Shown here: positions 9,410-18,957 of the stretch, piece after piece | Numbering within the stretch: position 1 is the first letter of the stretch | Layout of the letters: each line of letters starts with the position of its first letter | DNA from: a virus | DNA length: 64,000 bases | Direction: 5' to 3' (one strand) | Virus record (IMG/VR): IMGVR_UViG_3300034063_001922 | Location: 12,045 to 76,044 of that record | Position numbers and translations under genes: made by a program | Notes under the pieces: model-generated | Seen by the model: the letters and a program-made list of their open reading frames with translations, nothing else | Databases searched by the model: none | Told to the model about the DNA's origin: nothing

Positions 9410-10002
9410 CAGAAGGGGGCCTCGTCGTCGTCATCAACAGCCCACCCCGAACTGCTTCCGGTCTCCGCGGCACTACCCGTCGTATATCCATCGAGCTCAT
9501 CGAAGCCGTCGGTGGGGTCGACCTGCTCGTAGGGCACGAACTCAACGACCTGAACGGCACGCGGTTGGAAGGTCATCCCGCAGCCGTTTTCCCCGTCCCA
9601 GTCGTAGATGTCGAAGGCGACGATGACCTTCGAGCCGTTGCCAATGGCGGCACCATCCCAGGGTTGCTTCCTGGCATCAACGATGCGCGGCCCCTCGGAT
9701 AGAGAGCCATCGCGCCGCTGGAACTGCGGAATCTTGAAGCGCACCACGGTGAGCTCGTTGGGCTTCTCCTTATCCGCCCTCCAGGGGAAGCCCTTCTCTG
9801 CCCGGCGCTTGCGGCTGCCGTGAAGAGCGATGAACTGGTCCTCCATCGCAAGCAGGAAGGATTGGGCCTGCTCATCGCTGTTGGGGAGCAGCAGATCAGC
9901 CGTCCAGGCTTTGGGTTTGCTCTTGTCGAGCTGGTGCCTGGGGGTGATCAAGTGGGCCCAGCGCACTTCGGCGAGGGGGTTGCGAAAAATGTCCTTAGCC
10001 AT
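9409..10002 (-). CDS. Phage single-stranded DNA-binding protein (T7 gp2.5/DUF2815-like)
   Basis: PRIVDA..IGNGSKVIV..AVQVVEFVPY and acidic tail DDDDEAPF; start ATG 10002. Confidence 0.8.
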   Translation of the reverse strand: MAKDIFRNPLAEVRWAHLITPRHQLDKSKPKAWTADLLLPNSDEQAQSFLLAMEDQFIALHGSRKRRAEKGFPWRADKEKPNELTVVRFKIPQFQRRDGSLSEGPRIVDARKQPWDGAAIGNGSKVIVAFDIYDWDGENGCGMTFQPRAVQVVEFVPYEQVDPTDGFDELDGYTTGSAAETGSSSGWAVDDDDEAPF

Positions 10003-10231
10003 GGGTTGAATCGGGGTGAACGGTGGAAATGGGCTGTTGATCGAACGGGGGAAGGGGCGGCAAACCAAATCGCTCACGCAGCAGGTGATGCACTGCTCCG
10101 CTGGCCGAGAGGTTGTGGCGCTCCATCACCTCGCGGACCCGGAGGTAGACGTCAGTGCGCACCTGGGTCTGGATGAAGTGGCGGCCGGCCACTGAGCGGG
10201 GCTGCTCGCCATATCGGCGCAGGCTGCTCAT
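9995..10231 (-). CDS. Small putative DNA-binding protein
   Basis: Paralog of 4348-4617. Confidence 0.65.
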   Translation of the reverse strand: MSSLRRYGEQPRSVAGRHFIQTQVRTDVYLRVREVMERHNLSASGAVHHLLRERFGLPPLPPFDQQPISTVHPDSTHG

Positions 10232-10953
10232 GGCTCTGCAGGCGACTGATCGCCATCAAGACCTTGCCCTTGGCACTCCTCGAGGAAGTGGTCGATGAAG
10301 GCGGCGTGCTGGTGCTGGGTGATGCGATCACCGATGGAGCGAGCACTGCGCGGCACTTGGAAGTGCTCGCGGAACGCCTTGGTCAGCTCCTGGCGAGCGG
10401 CCTGAGGCAGGGCGAGGATCCGCTGGTGGGCGGCCTCGATCTCTTGGGGCGTTAGAGGCTCCAGAGCGACTTCGAGGTCAGCCGCCGGAACAGCCCCTTC
10501 CTCCTCGCTGGGTCCAGGCCCAGTCGGAGCATCAGGATGCACGACGATTGCGAGGCTATTGAGCACATTCGTCTCAGGCTCTACAGGCAAAGCCTGTCTA
10601 GCCAAAGGAATGCCCAGCAGCATGGCCAGCATCCAGCCGGAAGTTTTCAGCAAGTCGTCGACCTGGTCGGCCCACTCCTCGCTGCTGACCTCAGCACCGC
10701 CAGCGTGCATCACGGTGACGCGCAACTTGTTGCGGCCGCGGATGTCAACCAGTTGGGCACTGAAGGCGATGCCTGAAGCAAAGGCTGGTCTGGCTGCTTC
10801 GACCACAGCAGCCAAGTCAAGGGATGGAACGGCCTGCACCTGTTCCTGGAAGGAGGCCAGGGCGGCGGTGAGAGCGCGCTCGGCGCTGCCCTTTCCGTCG
10901 AGCAGCTCAAGAGCGTCGATTGGCACGCCTGCGCGTGCGAAGGGTTGAGTCAT
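10228..10953 (-). CDS. Divergent ERF-like ssDNA-annealing protein
   Basis: ALASFQ..LAAVVEAARPAF..VMHAGG; paralog of 3509-4348. Confidence 0.5.
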   Translation of the reverse strand: MTQPFARAGVPIDALELLDGKGSAERALTAALASFQEQVQAVPSLDLAAVVEAARPAFASGIAFSAQLVDIRGRNKLRVTVMHAGGAEVSSEEWADQVDDLLKTSGWMLAMLLGIPLARQALPVEPETNVLNSLAIVVHPDAPTGPGPSEEEGAVPAADLEVALEPLTPQEIEAAHQRILALPQAARQELTKAFREHFQVPRSARSIGDRITQHQHAAFIDHFLEECQGQGLDGDQSPAEP

Positions 10954-10988
10954 GGCAACTGAGAGCCGGGCTTGTGCCCGCTGGCCCG

Positions 10989-11018
10989 AGCTTAGCGGCT
11001 AGCTAATGCTAGGCGCAA
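10989..11018 (-). promoter_or_regulatory. Putative sigma70 promoter with overlapping TAGCNGCTA palindrome
   Basis: TTGCGC-N18-TAAGCT on the minus strand, conserved with 3443-3472. Confidence 0.55.
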
Positions 11019-11076
11019 GCCCTATCCATCCTCGGAATCATCCGGGTCGTGGGCGACCCCTGTCTGGGCATGCCTC

Positions 11077-11778
11077 CTAGACGGCCAGCGCCGTCAGCTC
11101 CCAGGCGCTGATCCACTGTTCGGGCAGGAACTCCTCCCCATCCACCCAGAGCTGAGCCAGCTCAACCGAGCTGTAGTCGTCGATGGCCAGCACCTCTGAG
11201 AAACGTTTCTGGTGCTCCTTCGGTGAACCCATGACCAGATGCTCCAGGGCCTGGGTCACGTCGAGACCGCCTTCCTTGATGACGCGGCGCACGTGCTGGC
11301 GCCACTTCTGACAGATCTCTTCGGCGCGCTTGGGGGTCAGCGTCGGCGCGGGCGCTGCCTGATAAGACCTGGGCACCGGCGCATAGCCGATGTAGCAGCT
11401 CCAGAAGTCGACGGCATCCCAGAGCTTGCCGTCATCCCCGCGCAGGGGCTCGGCGTCTTTCAACTGCTCCTTAAGGCGCTGGCTTTTCACCCCGGCGAGC
11501 TTGCCTGCCGCGTCATCGAGGCGGCGGTTGATCTCTTCGAGCTGGAAGAACGCCTTCTGCCTCAGCTCGCCGGCTTTGCCCTGCTCGATCACCGAAAGGT
11601 TGCCGTAGGAGATCACCTCGAACTCGGCCTCTGCGCCCCACTCGCAGGCGGTGTACTGGGTCCAGCCGTTACGGCGCCGCCAGTTGAGCAGCATCTTCCC
11701 GAAGGATCTGCGGGACTCGTCCTGCCAGTCCAGGACGGCCTGGTAGGTGCGCTTGACGGGCTTTTTTGCTTGTGCCAT
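11077..11778 (-). CDS. XRE-family HTH repressor
   Basis: FGKMLLNWRRRNGWTQY..ISYGNLSVIEQGK. Confidence 0.8.
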   Translation of the reverse strand: MAQAKKPVKRTYQAVLDWQDESRRSFGKMLLNWRRRNGWTQYTACEWGAEAEFEVISYGNLSVIEQGKAGELRQKAFFQLEEINRRLDDAAGKLAGVKSQRLKEQLKDAEPLRGDDGKLWDAVDFWSCYIGYAPVPRSYQAAPAPTLTPKRAEEICQKWRQHVRRVIKEGGLDVTQALEHLVMGSPKEHQKRFSEVLAIDDYSSVELAQLWVDGEEFLPEQWISAWELTALAV

Positions 11779-11821
11779 AGCCCAATCCTAAGCACTCCTT
11801 GGCACTGCAAGCCAGAGCTTG

Positions 11822-12001
11822 TTACAGCTTGGCAGGCTGCTTTCGGTAGTTTCCTGGCTCGGCCAAGAGCTGTTTGACCTGCTGGCCGGTGAGAATCCGG
11901 CCCGTCTGGGCCTGGAACCGCAGGGCCAGCGTGTAGGGGTGGATGCGTGGATGGCGGCGGGCCAGGGCCTGCAGTTGCCTGCGGAGTTCGGGCCTGTTCA
12001 T
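11822..12001 (-). CDS. Hypothetical 59-aa protein
   Basis: Hand-translated MNRPELRRQLQALARRHPRIHPYTLALRFQAQTG..; ATG overlaps the VRR-NUC stop (ATGA). Confidence 0.55.
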   Translation of the reverse strand: MNRPELRRQLQALARRHPRIHPYTLALRFQAQTGRILTGQQVKQLLAEPGNYRKQPAKL

Positions 12002-12375
12002 TGGTCCGACCCGTCCATGGGATTCAGGGCCAGGACCGCCTGGGCCTGTGCAATCGAGCGGCAGACCGCCCCCACCCCGCCAAGCTGCTGCACCAGCTGC
12101 AGAAAGGCCTGCTGCTCAGGGCTGACTGTTCCGGAGCCCGTCTTGATCTCCAGGGCAACGAACTGGGCGAGCCGCTGGCCGACCAGCTCAGGCGTGATCT
12201 CCAGCGAGCGCAGACCGATCAGGTCGCTGCTGCCCTTGCACAGCCCGAAGCGCACGAAGCGCCCCTGCTGGTCGACCAGGGCGCCGGTGTTGTTGCGCCA
12301 GAGCCGCACGGTCCCGCGGCCGCAGGCCAGGCGGATGCGCTGCTGGATCTCGTGTTCACTGGGGCAGGAGGTCAT
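11998..12375 (-). CDS. VRR-NUC domain nuclease
   Basis: SEHEIQQRI..WRNNTG..GSSDLIG..ALEIKT..SPEQQAF..GG. Confidence 0.88.
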   Translation of the reverse strand: MTSCPSEHEIQQRIRLACGRGTVRLWRNNTGALVDQQGRFVRFGLCKGSSDLIGLRSLEITPELVGQRLAQFVALEIKTGSGTVSPEQQAFLQLVQQLGGVGAVCRSIAQAQAVLALNPMDGSDQ

Positions 12376-12494
12376 GCCTCCTGTTGCCAGACTCGGGACA
12401 ACGACCACCCTGGCCAGCGCCGTGCCAGGCCACGCCACACTTCAGACGAGCCAGCCAGGCCTGTCTGAAACTGGCTCCCGACCAAGAGGAACGC

Positions 12495-13133
12495 ATGCCA
12501 AGTAGGACAGCGTCAGCCACCAAAGAAATACGTCAGCCATTCACTGGCCACACCTTCCTCCGACCACTGACGGCTCTAGTCCTGACCTTGCAGTCTCTGC
12601 ATGGCTGGAGCGATAGCGCGATCGCACAGTCACTTCACTTCACCAGACTGAAGAGCACAACTGCGACTTGCACGGAAGCACAATCATCAGTCCAGTCTGA
12701 GCTCAGATCGCGAGGCTTCTTCTCTCCCTATCGGGCCAACGCCGGCAGTCGCATAGCGCGGATGGTGTATCCAGCTATCACGCTCGATAGCACCTCAATC
12801 GGCAAGTACTACTTTGGTGCGCCTGCAGGCAGGCCGCAGCAGTTGGATATCAACTTGTCCGGGGACTCCAACAAGCTTTACCAGGGCCTTCTCTCCTCTC
12901 CAGTGTACCTATCCGCTCTTGGTGCACGGATCATGGAAGCATGTCCAGACATTGGCCTGGTGAGCTTTAATCACTGGCATGAGGGAGGGGTCCCAGTTGG
13001 CTTTTTCCCTGATGGTACGGCTCGCACGTTTCAATGGGTAGACCTAGGAGAAGGTCCACACACGCGCCTGGTCCCAGGCGCGGACGGCATGAATGTCATG
13101 CAATACCAATGGGGGTACTACTTCTCACCATGA
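12495..13133 (+). CDS. Hypothetical exported protein (accessory)
   Basis: Signal-like N-terminus, lower GC, opposite strand to neighbours; paralogous to the next gene. Confidence 0.6.
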   Translation: MPSRTASATKEIRQPFTGHTFLRPLTALVLTLQSLHGWSDSAIAQSLHFTRLKSTTATCTEAQSSVQSELRSRGFFSPYRANAGSRIARMVYPAITLDSTSIGKYYFGAPAGRPQQLDINLSGDSNKLYQGLLSSPVYLSALGARIMEACPDIGLVSFNHWHEGGVPVGFFPDGTARTFQWVDLGEGPHTRLVPGADGMNVMQYQWGYYFSP

Positions 13134-13617
13134 AAACGCTCATCTCTTCTGTCACGCTTGCATTGACCATGGCGTCCCTGACCGACAGATCAGCTTTTGC
13201 GAACGAGAGAGCTTCCGCCTACGAAAGCATCAAGGACCCTCGTTGCCTGAATGCCATTCATCAAGTGCATAGCGACATTGAAAACAGGCTGGGCGGAGTC
13301 CCGCTGCAGCCTCGCCTATACCAGAGAGGCAACAGCGGATCGTTTTTAACCTCAACACGCAGTGGTCGCGAGGGCTGCAGGCTACTCAGCAGGCGCACAA
13401 CGCAAACCAGGCACTCACGTCCAGCCCACAGCTCGCCAAGAAATACACCGAGCAAATCCTCTCCGCCTGCCCCGATGTAGGGAGTGTGGTCTTCTACATG
13501 TGGGAATGGGGAGTTGGGTGGTCAGTAGGCAGCGACTCTAATCTTGTGCAAGATCGCTGTGTCTACCCATCGCAAGGCAGGTCCTTCTACATCTGGGGTG
13601 AATTTGGCTGCACTTAG
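13130..13617 (+). pseudogene. Frameshifted paralog of the 12495-13133 exported protein
   Basis: Signal-peptide frame from ATG 13130; the homologous C-half (QALTSSPQLAKKYTEQILSACPDVG) is in another frame after ~13300 and ends at TAG 13617. Confidence 0.65.
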
Positions 13618-15044
13618 GTGGTAGCTCTTCCACCTTTTTGCCGTGCCGCCCAGACATGCCTGGCCCAGCCGGGCTTGTAGCCCCGCTCCTGCTCCCGTTG
13701 CAGCAGCTCTTCGAAAGTGCGGCAGCCTGCGGCCGGGTGCGTACGCCGTGGTCGTTGCTGCTGTTTTGGCCTGGGCCGGTGGCGGGCGGCTGACCCCGTG
13801 ACTTCCACCAGCTCGCCTTCAAGTTGCTGGAGCCCGCGCCTCTGCTCATCGCGTTCCTCGCTCAGGAACAGATGGCCGCAGTCGGGGCAGACCTGTGCTG
13901 CGCTGGGGCAGCTGCAGAAGCAGACCGGGCAGTCCTTGATCGGGATCGAGACACCCTCGCGCCGACGGCGGCCGGCCAGGTTCCAGTCGCGCTCATCGGT
14001 GGGCAGGCCGTGGCGGTGGGCATTGCCGACGTGATCGAGGATCACGGCCTCCTGCTTCCCAGGTGCAGGACGCAGGGCACGGCCGACCATCTGCAGGTAC
14101 AAGGGCAAGCTTGCGGTGGGGCGCATCAGGATCGCGCCGCCGACCGAGGGGATGTCGGTTCCCTCGGAAATGATCATGCAGCTGGTGAGCACCTCGACCT
14201 CACCGGTGCCCAGGCCGGCGATCAGGCGTTTGCGCTCCTCCGCTGGGGTGCCACCGCTCACTGATGCGGCGCGAATTCCCGCACGACGGAAAGCCGCGGC
14301 CATTTGCTCGGCGTGCTCGATCGTGCAGCAAAAGCAGATCGCTGTGCCCGGGTGCAGTCGGCGCTGGTAGTGGGAGACGGCATCACCGATGGCGGCCCGG
14401 TCCCCGAAGGCCTGGGCTGCCTGTTCCAGATCGAAGTCGCCCATGCGGCGGCGGAGCTTGCTGTTCCGGGCGCCTGGCCAGGAGAAGACCCTGGGCCGGG
14501 CCAGCCAGCCCTGCTCCACCAGCCAGGCTGCTGAGGGCCCCAGCACCAGGGCCTCGAAATAGCCGCCGGCCTCCACGCCCAGCCCCTTGCCGTCGAGGCG
14601 CTCGGGGGTCGCGGTCTTGCCGATCAGGTGGGCGTCCGGCCAGGCGTTGATGACGCGGCCCCAGACATTGCCGGCCACCAGGTGGTGGGCCTCGTCCTGA
14701 ATGATCAGATCCGGCGGCGGCAGCAGTGAGAGCCGCCGGACCACGGTCTGCACCGAGCCCACCGCCACTTGCCGCCCCTGGATCCGGTGGCCGGGGGCGA
14801 TCACGTCGGGCTCCAGGCCCCAGGCCCGCACGGTGCCAGTGAGCTGGTCGATCAGCTCAGCCCGGTGGGCGAGCACCAGCACCCGCCGGCCCTTGCCGGC
14901 CGCCCCCTGCACAATGGCGCCGATGGTCTGGCCCTTACCCGCACCGGTGGGCATGACGGCGCAGACCCGCCGGTGGACCTTGAGGGCGGCGCGGAGGTCG
15001 GCCAGCAGCTGCTGCTGGTAGTCGCGCAGGACGATCGGGGCCAT
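13614..15044 (-). CDS. SF2 DEAH-box helicase with C-terminal Zn ribbon
   Basis: LRDYQ, PTGAGKG, DEAHH, TATP, EGTDIP, QMVGRALR; CPVC..CPDC. Confidence 0.92.
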   Translation of the reverse strand: MAPIVLRDYQQQLLADLRAALKVHRRVCAVMPTGAGKGQTIGAIVQGAAGKGRRVLVLAHRAELIDQLTGTVRAWGLEPDVIAPGHRIQGRQVAVGSVQTVVRRLSLLPPPDLIIQDEAHHLVAGNVWGRVINAWPDAHLIGKTATPERLDGKGLGVEAGGYFEALVLGPSAAWLVEQGWLARPRVFSWPGARNSKLRRRMGDFDLEQAAQAFGDRAAIGDAVSHYQRRLHPGTAICFCCTIEHAEQMAAAFRRAGIRAASVSGGTPAEERKRLIAGLGTGEVEVLTSCMIISEGTDIPSVGGAILMRPTASLPLYLQMVGRALRPAPGKQEAVILDHVGNAHRHGLPTDERDWNLAGRRRREGVSIPIKDCPVCFCSCPSAAQVCPDCGHLFLSEERDEQRRGLQQLEGELVEVTGSAARHRPRPKQQQRPRRTHPAAGCRTFEELLQREQERGYKPGWARHVWAARQKGGRATT

Positions 15045-15150
15045 CAGGATCACAGGCGATCAGGACAGGAGCTAGCCGCTGGCCTTTTTTAGCTCAGCCT
15101 AGCGAGAGCTGGCCCACGGTATTAGGCTGTAGTTCACGAGCAGAGTTCCC

Positions 15151-15354
15151 ATGTCCGACTACGCCCTGCCGGTGAGTGTCTCGATCACCCAAGAGCAGCT
15201 GGCCTGGCTGGATGCCCGCCGTCGCCATGGCTCCCTGAGCCGCTCAGCCGCCCTGCGCCAGGTGCTCGACGCGGTGATCCACCGTGAATCCCTGGTGCCC
15301 GCACCCGATCGCGGCTCTACGGGGAACCAGGCGCTTGCCGGCCAGGGATGGTGA
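15151..15354 (+). CDS. CopG-like ribbon-helix-helix regulator
   Basis: VSVSITQEQLAWLDARR..SRSAALRQVLD. Confidence 0.75.
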   Translation: MSDYALPVSVSITQEQLAWLDARRRHGSLSRSAALRQVLDAVIHRESLVPAPDRGSTGNQALAGQGW

Positions 15355-15364
15355 GCGACATCCC

Positions 15365-17977
15365 ATGGCCGATGCCATTGCTGCGGCCCGAGGCCGCTGG
15401 CCGGAGATCCTTGCTGCCCTGGCAGGGCTGAGAGAAGCGGAGCTGAGCGATCGTCATCAGCCCTGCCCGCTCTGCGGTGGAACCGATCGCTACCGCTTTG
15501 ACGACAAGGACGGCAGCGGCTCCTGGTTCTGCAACCAGTGCGGCGGCAAGGACCAGCGCGGTGGTGCCGGCTCCGGAATCGACCTGCTCATGCGCCGGCA
15601 GGGGTGGAGCTTTGTGGAGGCCGCCCGGCAGGTGGAGGCCTTTCTTGGACTGGTGCCTGATCACCAGGACCCACGTGCCGGCAGTGCCACGAGCCGAAAC
15701 GGCAAGCCCTGGCGCATGCCCGAGAAGCCGCCTGTCGATGCGCCGCCGCCGCCGTTGAACCGCGGCGCCACCGCCCAGTGGGCCTACCGCAATGCCGCTG
15801 GAGAGGTGCTGTTCTGGATCCAGCGGATCCGGCTGCGCAGCGGCGCCAAAGCCTTCCTGCATCGCGTCTGGCTCGATGGGGACTGGCATCGCCCCAGCCG
15901 CCGCGATGCCTTCACATGCGATTGGCCCGCACCGCGGCCGCTCTATGGGCTGTCGGATCTGCACCGGCGCCCCGAGGCTCCGGTGCTGGTGGTGGAGGGA
16001 GAGGGCACCGCCGATGCTGCCGCTCGCCTGTTCCCGCAGCACGCGGTGCTGACCTGGCCCAACGGATCCAAGGCGATCGCCAAGGCGGACTGGACGCCGC
16101 TCGCCGGCCGTTCGGTCACGCTCTGGCCGGATGCCGATGCCGCCGGGCTGGAAGCCATGGAGAGCCTGGCCGCTCTGCTGCACCCGCTTGACTGCCAGCT
16201 GCAACTGGTGGCCCTGCCGGCCGATCTGTCCCAGGGCTGGGACCTGGCCGATGCGGACTGGACGCCCCGGCAGGCCGCACGCCAACTGGCGAAAGCAGCC
16301 CAGACATGGACCCCGCCAGAGGCGGGTGGCGATGGGCCTCCTCTCCAGCCTGCGGATGCGGCAGCCCCCAGGCCGGCAGCGCCCTTCCTCTGCCTGGGCT
16401 ACGACGCCGACGCGAACTTCTACCAACCTTCCAGCACCGGTCAGGTGATCCGGCTGCCCCGCGGCTGCCACACCGCCACTCACCTCGTCGCCCTGGCACC
16501 ACTGGAGTACTGGGAGAGCCTCTACCCCAGCCGCACCGGTGTGAACTGGCCGGCGGCGGCCAGCGATCTGCACAAGAGCTCCGCCGCGATGGGGATCTTT
16601 GCGGTGGAGCGCATTCGCGGCCGCGGGGCCTGGTGGGATGAGGGCCGCACAGTGCTGCACCTCGGTGATCGCCTGATCACCCCCGACGGGGAGCACCCGA
16701 TCACCAAGCCATTCCGCTCGCGGCACATCTACCAGCGCCTCGAACGCCAGGAGGGGCCCTGCGGCGTCGAACCCCTGACCGTGGAGGAAGCGGCGGTGAT
16801 CGTCAGCATCGCCAACCGCTTCCGCTGGGAGGTTCCCGCCTCCGGCACCCTGCTGCAGGGCTGGGTGGTGCTGGCTCCGATCTGCGGAGCCCTGCGCTGG
16901 CGGCCCCACCTCTGGCTCACCGCTGGTGCAGGCTCGGGGAAGAGCCAGATCCTCGATCGCTTTGTGGTGCCGCTGCTCGGCGACCTGCGCCTGGCGGTGT
17001 CGGGCGCCACGACAGAGGCTGGCCTGCGCCAGACCATCTGCTCGGACGCCGTGCCGGTGGTCTTCGATGAGGCGGAGAGCAACGAGAAGGGCGACCAGCA
17101 GCGGATGCAGGCGATCCTCTCGCTGGCGCGGGTGGCCAGCAGCGAGAGCAGCGCCGAGATGCTCAAGGGTTCCCCCAGCGGCGATGTGAGCCGCTATCGG
17201 GTGCGCTCGATGTTCTTGATGTCCTCCATCGCAACCGCCCTCAAGCAGGGGGCGGACAAGAGCCGCTTCGCGCAGCTCACCCTGCGCAGCCCCACCGAGA
17301 TGGGCCAGGAGGAGCGCGAGGCCCACTGGCAGAGCCTCGATCGGGACCTCGAGCGCTACATCACCCCGCAGCTGGCGCGGCGCTTGATCGCCCGGACGGT
17401 GTCGCTGATCCCGGTGATTCGCCAATCAGTCGTGGTCTTTTCAGCGGCTGCCGCCCGCCACTTCGACTCCCAGCGACTGGGGGATCAATACGGCACCTTG
17501 ATGGCCGGTGCCTGGTCGCTGCTCAGCGACACGGTTCCCAGCCAGAAGGAGGCCGAGGAGTGCATTGAGGTCCACAACTGGGACAGCTACAGCCAGAGCA
17601 CCGAGGTTCCCGACGAGGCCCGCTGCATCCAGACGATCCTGCAGCGGCAGGTGCGGGTGGAGACCGACGACAAGCCCGTCACCCGCACCATCGGTGAACT
17701 GGTGGAGCTGGCCGCCTGCCACAGCAGCTGCATGGATGTAAGCCCTGGCCTGGCGGCCCAAACCCTGGGTCGCCATGGCCTGCGGGTGGATCAGGACCGC
17801 CTGCTGGTGAGCAACACCGCCAAGGCGATCGAGCACTTCCTGGCTGATACCGCCTGGCAAAACAGCTGGTCGGTGGTGCTGCTGCGCCTGAGCGGTGCGC
17901 AACGGGCCGGACCGGTGCGTTTCTGTGGCGCCGGCATGGTCAGCCGTGCCGTCGCCATTCCCCTGAGCGCGCTGTAA
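15365..17977 (+). CDS. Primase-helicase (Zn ribbon + Toprim + P-loop), P4 alpha-like architecture
   Basis: HQPCPLCGGTDRYRFDD..WFCNQCG, VVEGEGTA..WPDAD..GWD, AGAGSGKS, VFDEAE. Confidence 0.9.
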   Translation: MADAIAAARGRWPEILAALAGLREAELSDRHQPCPLCGGTDRYRFDDKDGSGSWFCNQCGGKDQRGGAGSGIDLLMRRQGWSFVEAARQVEAFLGLVPDHQDPRAGSATSRNGKPWRMPEKPPVDAPPPPLNRGATAQWAYRNAAGEVLFWIQRIRLRSGAKAFLHRVWLDGDWHRPSRRDAFTCDWPAPRPLYGLSDLHRRPEAPVLVVEGEGTADAAARLFPQHAVLTWPNGSKAIAKADWTPLAGRSVTLWPDADAAGLEAMESLAALLHPLDCQLQLVALPADLSQGWDLADADWTPRQAARQLAKAAQTWTPPEAGGDGPPLQPADAAAPRPAAPFLCLGYDADANFYQPSSTGQVIRLPRGCHTATHLVALAPLEYWESLYPSRTGVNWPAAASDLHKSSAAMGIFAVERIRGRGAWWDEGRTVLHLGDRLITPDGEHPITKPFRSRHIYQRLERQEGPCGVEPLTVEEAAVIVSIANRFRWEVPASGTLLQGWVVLAPICGALRWRPHLWLTAGAGSGKSQILDRFVVPLLGDLRLAVSGATTEAGLRQTICSDAVPVVFDEAESNEKGDQQRMQAILSLARVASSESSAEMLKGSPSGDVSRYRVRSMFLMSSIATALKQGADKSRFAQLTLRSPTEMGQEEREAHWQSLDRDLERYITPQLARRLIARTVSLIPVIRQSVVVFSAAAARHFDSQRLGDQYGTLMAGAWSLLSDTVPSQKEAEECIEVHNWDSYSQSTEVPDEARCIQTILQRQVRVETDDKPVTRTIGELVELAACHSSCMDVSPGLAAQTLGRHGLRVDQDRLLVSNTAKAIEHFLADTAWQNSWSVVLLRLSGAQRAGPVRFCGAGMVSRAVAIPLSAL

Positions 17978-18255
17978 CCAGCAGCCGTTACAAAACGGCC
18001 AGACATAACAGCAGAGGTAACGCCCAGATCTCTTGCCCCGCAAGCGATCTTGGCCTCCGTAACGATGTAACGCTCCGGGGAGCACATAGAGCCCCCTATG
18101 AATTCAAAGACAAATGCACACCTGCTCAACCAGACACTGCTGCTTGCTAATGCCTCTATCTCTGAAAAAGGGTTACATCGTTACAGGCACCGCCAGAAGC
18201 CGCTGCCAGCAGGCGATCTCGGATGTGACGCCCACCGTCACACCGCGTCACATCT
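17975..18255. other. Putative replication origin (GTAAC/GTTAC iterons around an AT-richer core)
   Basis: Perfect inverted 13-mer GTAACGATGTAAC (18059-18071) / GTTACATCGTTAC (18172-18184) and further GTAAC/GTGAC copies directly after the primase-helicase. Confidence 0.6.
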
Positions 18256-18264
18256 GAAACGGCC

Positions 18265-18957
18265 ATGCACAGCACCACATCCACCTGGCTTGAGCCCATT
18301 CCCGGCCTCTGGCGGGATGAGGAGGCCCACCGCTACTGGCTGGGCGATCACCTGTTCCCGGTGTCGATCACCGGCGTGCTGGCCCACGGGCTGAGCGAGA
18401 CCGCCAGACGCTCGATCGAGGCCAAGCGGCCAATCTGGGAGCCCCGCGGCACCACGGTGCACGCGGCCCTGGAGCGCTATAGCCAGGCCCGCTTCCTGGT
18501 GGGCAACAGCGCAGCCGAGGCCCTGCTGGAAGCCGAAACACTGCCGGGCCATCACCGATACCGGGACTGGATCCTGCCGCTGCTGCAGCTGCCGCTCTGG
18601 GACGAGGTGGAGGTGATCGCCAGCGAGCGACTCACCTGCTGCCTGGTCCGCAACGTCGCCGGGGCCTTCGATGGCGCCTATGTCTCACCGGCCCTGAGTG
18701 AGCGGCGCGGGCGGGAGGTGCAGGTGCTCTACGACCTCAAGACCCTCTCGGCCCACGGTCGGCCCTATTCCACCGCCGCCCAGCTCGGCGGCTACATGGT
18801 GCTGGAGGCCGCCCAGGGGAATCACTACGAGCTGGGCCAGACGATCTGGAGCAAGCCCGGCGAGGCGCTCACCAGCACCTTCTACAGCCGTGAGCAGTGC
18901 CTGGCTGCCTGGGCTGCCGCCTGGAGCAGCTACCGCCTGGCCCATCGGCCCTTCTGA
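18265..18957 (+). CDS. PD-(D/E)XK exonuclease-like protein
   Basis: SITGVL, RGTTVHAALE, AGAFDG, YDLKT, QLGGY. Confidence 0.8.
   Translation: MHSTTSTWLEPIPGLWRDEEAHRYWLGDHLFPVSITGVLAHGLSETARRSIEAKRPIWEPRGTTVHAALERYSQARFLVGNSAAEALLEAETLPGHHRYRDWILPLLQLPLWDEVEVIASERLTCCLVRNVAGAFDGAYVSPALSERRGREVQVLYDLKTLSAHGRPYSTAAQLGGYMVLEAAQGNHYELGQTIWSKPGEALTSTFYSREQCLAAWAAAWSSYRLAHRPF

Noticed and set aside
15317-17425. 702-aa minus-strand ORF and similar long shadow ORFs (e.g. 874-1779, 3259-4638, 27303-28928, 50110-51405, 58650-59882)
   Set aside because: Antisense to well-supported genes in high-GC DNA, with no recognisable motifs.
18265-18957. cas4 gene
   Set aside because: PD-(D/E)XK motifs are present, but I see no four-Cys Fe-S pattern and no CRISPR context; an ordinary phage exonuclease is more likely.
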